Shown here: positions 62,848 to 64,000 of the stretch, piece by piece
Numbering within the stretch: position 1 is the first letter of the stretch
Layout of the letters: each line of letters starts with the position of its first letter
Assembly: GCA_963801605.1 (NCBI GenBank)
Contig: CAWDFP010000006.1
Span: 928,001 to 992,000 of the forward strand
Origin: an uncultured candidate division Zixibacteria bacterium
Lineage (GTDB): Bacteria > Zixibacteria > MSB-5A5 > UBA10806
Direction of reading: 5' to 3'
Length of the DNA stretch: 64,000 nt
The notes under the pieces: generated by a model
Told to the model about the DNA's origin: nothing
Database searches by the model: none
What the model saw: the letters and a program-made list of their open reading frames with translations, nothing else
Position numbers and translations under genes: made by a program

Positions 62848-63042
62848 ATGGGAGATCTGACTTCAATACTTTTAGGGGCATCGGTGGTAGTGCTATCCTG
62901 GACTGTGGCTAAGCTAAACGAGAAAGTCGACAAGCAAATAAAGAAATTCAAAAAGTTCGAAGAGGCCCTCAAAAAGAACGCCACGGGTGGGGTCAAAACC
63001 AGCACCAACTACAAGGGATACCCGCAAGACATTTATAAATAA
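62848..63042 (+). CDS. Small single-TM protein with basic coiled-coil
   Basis: SD AAGGGG; MGDLTSILLGASVVVLSWTV followed by a Lys-rich helix; 64 aa. Confidence 0.5.
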   Translation: MGDLTSILLGASVVVLSWTVAKLNEKVDKQIKKFKKFEEALKKNATGGVKTSTNYKGYPQDIYK

Positions 63043-63074
63043 TAGGTTAGCTTAAAACCTTATATTTGCATTAG

Positions 63075-63105
63075 ATTCCCGGAACACTTTCCGGGAATTT
63101 TTGTA
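63075..63105 (+). promoter_or_regulatory. Candidate ECF promoter with an overlapping perfect inverted repeat
   Basis: GGAAC-16bp-TGTA; ATTCCCGGAA-CACT-TTCCGGGAAT. Confidence 0.5.
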
Positions 63106-63128
63106 TAATTATATGAGTTTATAATGCC

Positions 63129-63767
63129 TTGCAAAGGAGAACCGTGAATAACGGTATTAAAGAAAAAAAACATCCAAAAGTATCAGACAAAGAAATTATG
63201 GAGTTGATCCAGGCTGGCGACGAGCACGCCTTTACGGAATTGGTGTCTCGTTATCAGGATCGTCTCCTTAACTTCGTTGGTCGAATTGTGATCGACCAGG
63301 AAACTGCCGAAGAATTAATTCAGGAAACCTTCTTACGCATTTATAATCAAAAGCACAGCTATACCCCCGAATATGCTGTCTCAACCTGGATTTATACAAT
63401 TGCTTTAAATCTGGCACGGTCCGAACTTCGTAAAAGGAAATTGAGGAAGTTTCTTAGCCTGGATTTTCTGAAGGAGGAATCGGATATCGAACTTGCCGAT
63501 AAAACAAGTTTTACAGGAGAAAGCCTGGCGCCGATATTACAAAAGGCTATCGACTCCTTGCCGGAGGACTATAAAACGGCTTTTGTCCTCTGCGATATCC
63601 AAAGATTGCCATATCAGCAAATCGCCGAAATCCTCCGGGTGCCTGTGGGTACAGTGAAATCCAGGATTAATAGAGCCAGAGCAATGTTGAGAGATAAACT
63701 AAAACCATATAAGGAGATCTACTATGAACTGTCGAGGGGTATCCCACAGGTTATCAGCCTACATTGA
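63129..63767 (+). CDS. ECF RNA polymerase sigma factor
   Basis: AEELIQETFL, STWIYTIA.N, YQQIAEIL.VPVGTVKSRINRAR. Confidence 0.95.
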   Translation: MQRRTVNNGIKEKKHPKVSDKEIMELIQAGDEHAFTELVSRYQDRLLNFVGRIVIDQETAEELIQETFLRIYNQKHSYTPEYAVSTWIYTIALNLARSELRKRKLRKFLSLDFLKEESDIELADKTSFTGESLAPILQKAIDSLPEDYKTAFVLCDIQRLPYQQIAEILRVPVGTVKSRINRARAMLRDKLKPYKEIYYELSRGIPQVISLH

Positions 63768-64000
63768 TAATGATCTATCTCCCGGCATAAAGCAGGGAGT
63801 GGAAGATCATTTGCAGTATTGCATTTCATGTAAACGCAAACTGTCGGAGTTTCGGGCCATAGTTATTGCGGCTCAACAGCTTAAGCCTATGGCTGTATCT
63901 CGGGGATTCGAAAATAGAGTACTCCAGGCAATCCACAACAGGCAGGAAACTCGTGAAGTCCTAAGCAACTTTCGTTACCGATTAACCTTGGCCGGAGTCG
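63724..64000 (+). CDS. Zinc-finger (zf-HC2) anti-sigma factor, partial
   Basis: MNCRGVSHRLSAYIDNDL...HLQYCISC (HxxxCxxC); overlaps the sigma stop; runs off the window. Confidence 0.85.
   Translation, partial: MNCRGVSHRLSAYIDNDLSPGIKQGVEDHLQYCISCKRKLSEFRAIVIAAQQLKPMAVSRGFENRVLQAIHNRQETREVLSNFRYRLTLAGV

Noticed and set aside
1..64000. CRISPR array, tRNA, rRNA, transposase, integrase or prophage genes
   Set aside because: No regularly spaced repeats, cloverleaf or rRNA signatures, or such protein motifs were seen by eye; tRNAscan/Infernal would be needed to exclude small RNAs fully

Overview
Bacterial chromosomal window from an anaerobic diderm. The stand-alone Cys-rich dockerin-like proteins and overall gene content suggest an FCB-group lineage such as Zixibacteria (inference). 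There are no rRNA, tRNA, CRISPR or transposase genes. Many conserved genes are split by single-base indels (about 20 breaks) and one ~300-bp block is duplicated with a garbled junction, so the sequence looks like an unpolished or strain-mixed long-read assembly. Contents in order: tRNA thiolase-like gene; Mrp-DUF971 and Nfu Fe-S carriers; beta-CASP nuclease; VIT-vWA protein; a minus-strand cell-envelope operon; alpha-2-macroglobulin-pbpC; an hdrCBA-mvhDGA-protease-hypA [NiFe]-hydrogenase operon with two Rex-like boxes; pgsA-pgpA-cinA; two dockerin-only proteins; pepF; yajC-def-fmt-rng; rplU-bamA-skp-lpxD-trxA; a RomR-like pseudo-receiver; metabolic genes; a YjbH-like/Tyr-rich lipoprotein/FadL-like trio; and an ECF sigma/anti-sigma pair. 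The best candidate for an undescribed system is the operon at 7564-12210. It encodes a helical lipoprotein ending in Lys (possible analogue of Braun's lipoprotein), a YafK/DpaA-like enzyme carried on a paralogous stalk, an ErfK-type L,D-transpeptidase, an apparently catalytically dead YkuD-fold lipoprotein and an ion antiporter. Its leader holds a short uORF and a terminator arranged like an attenuator.
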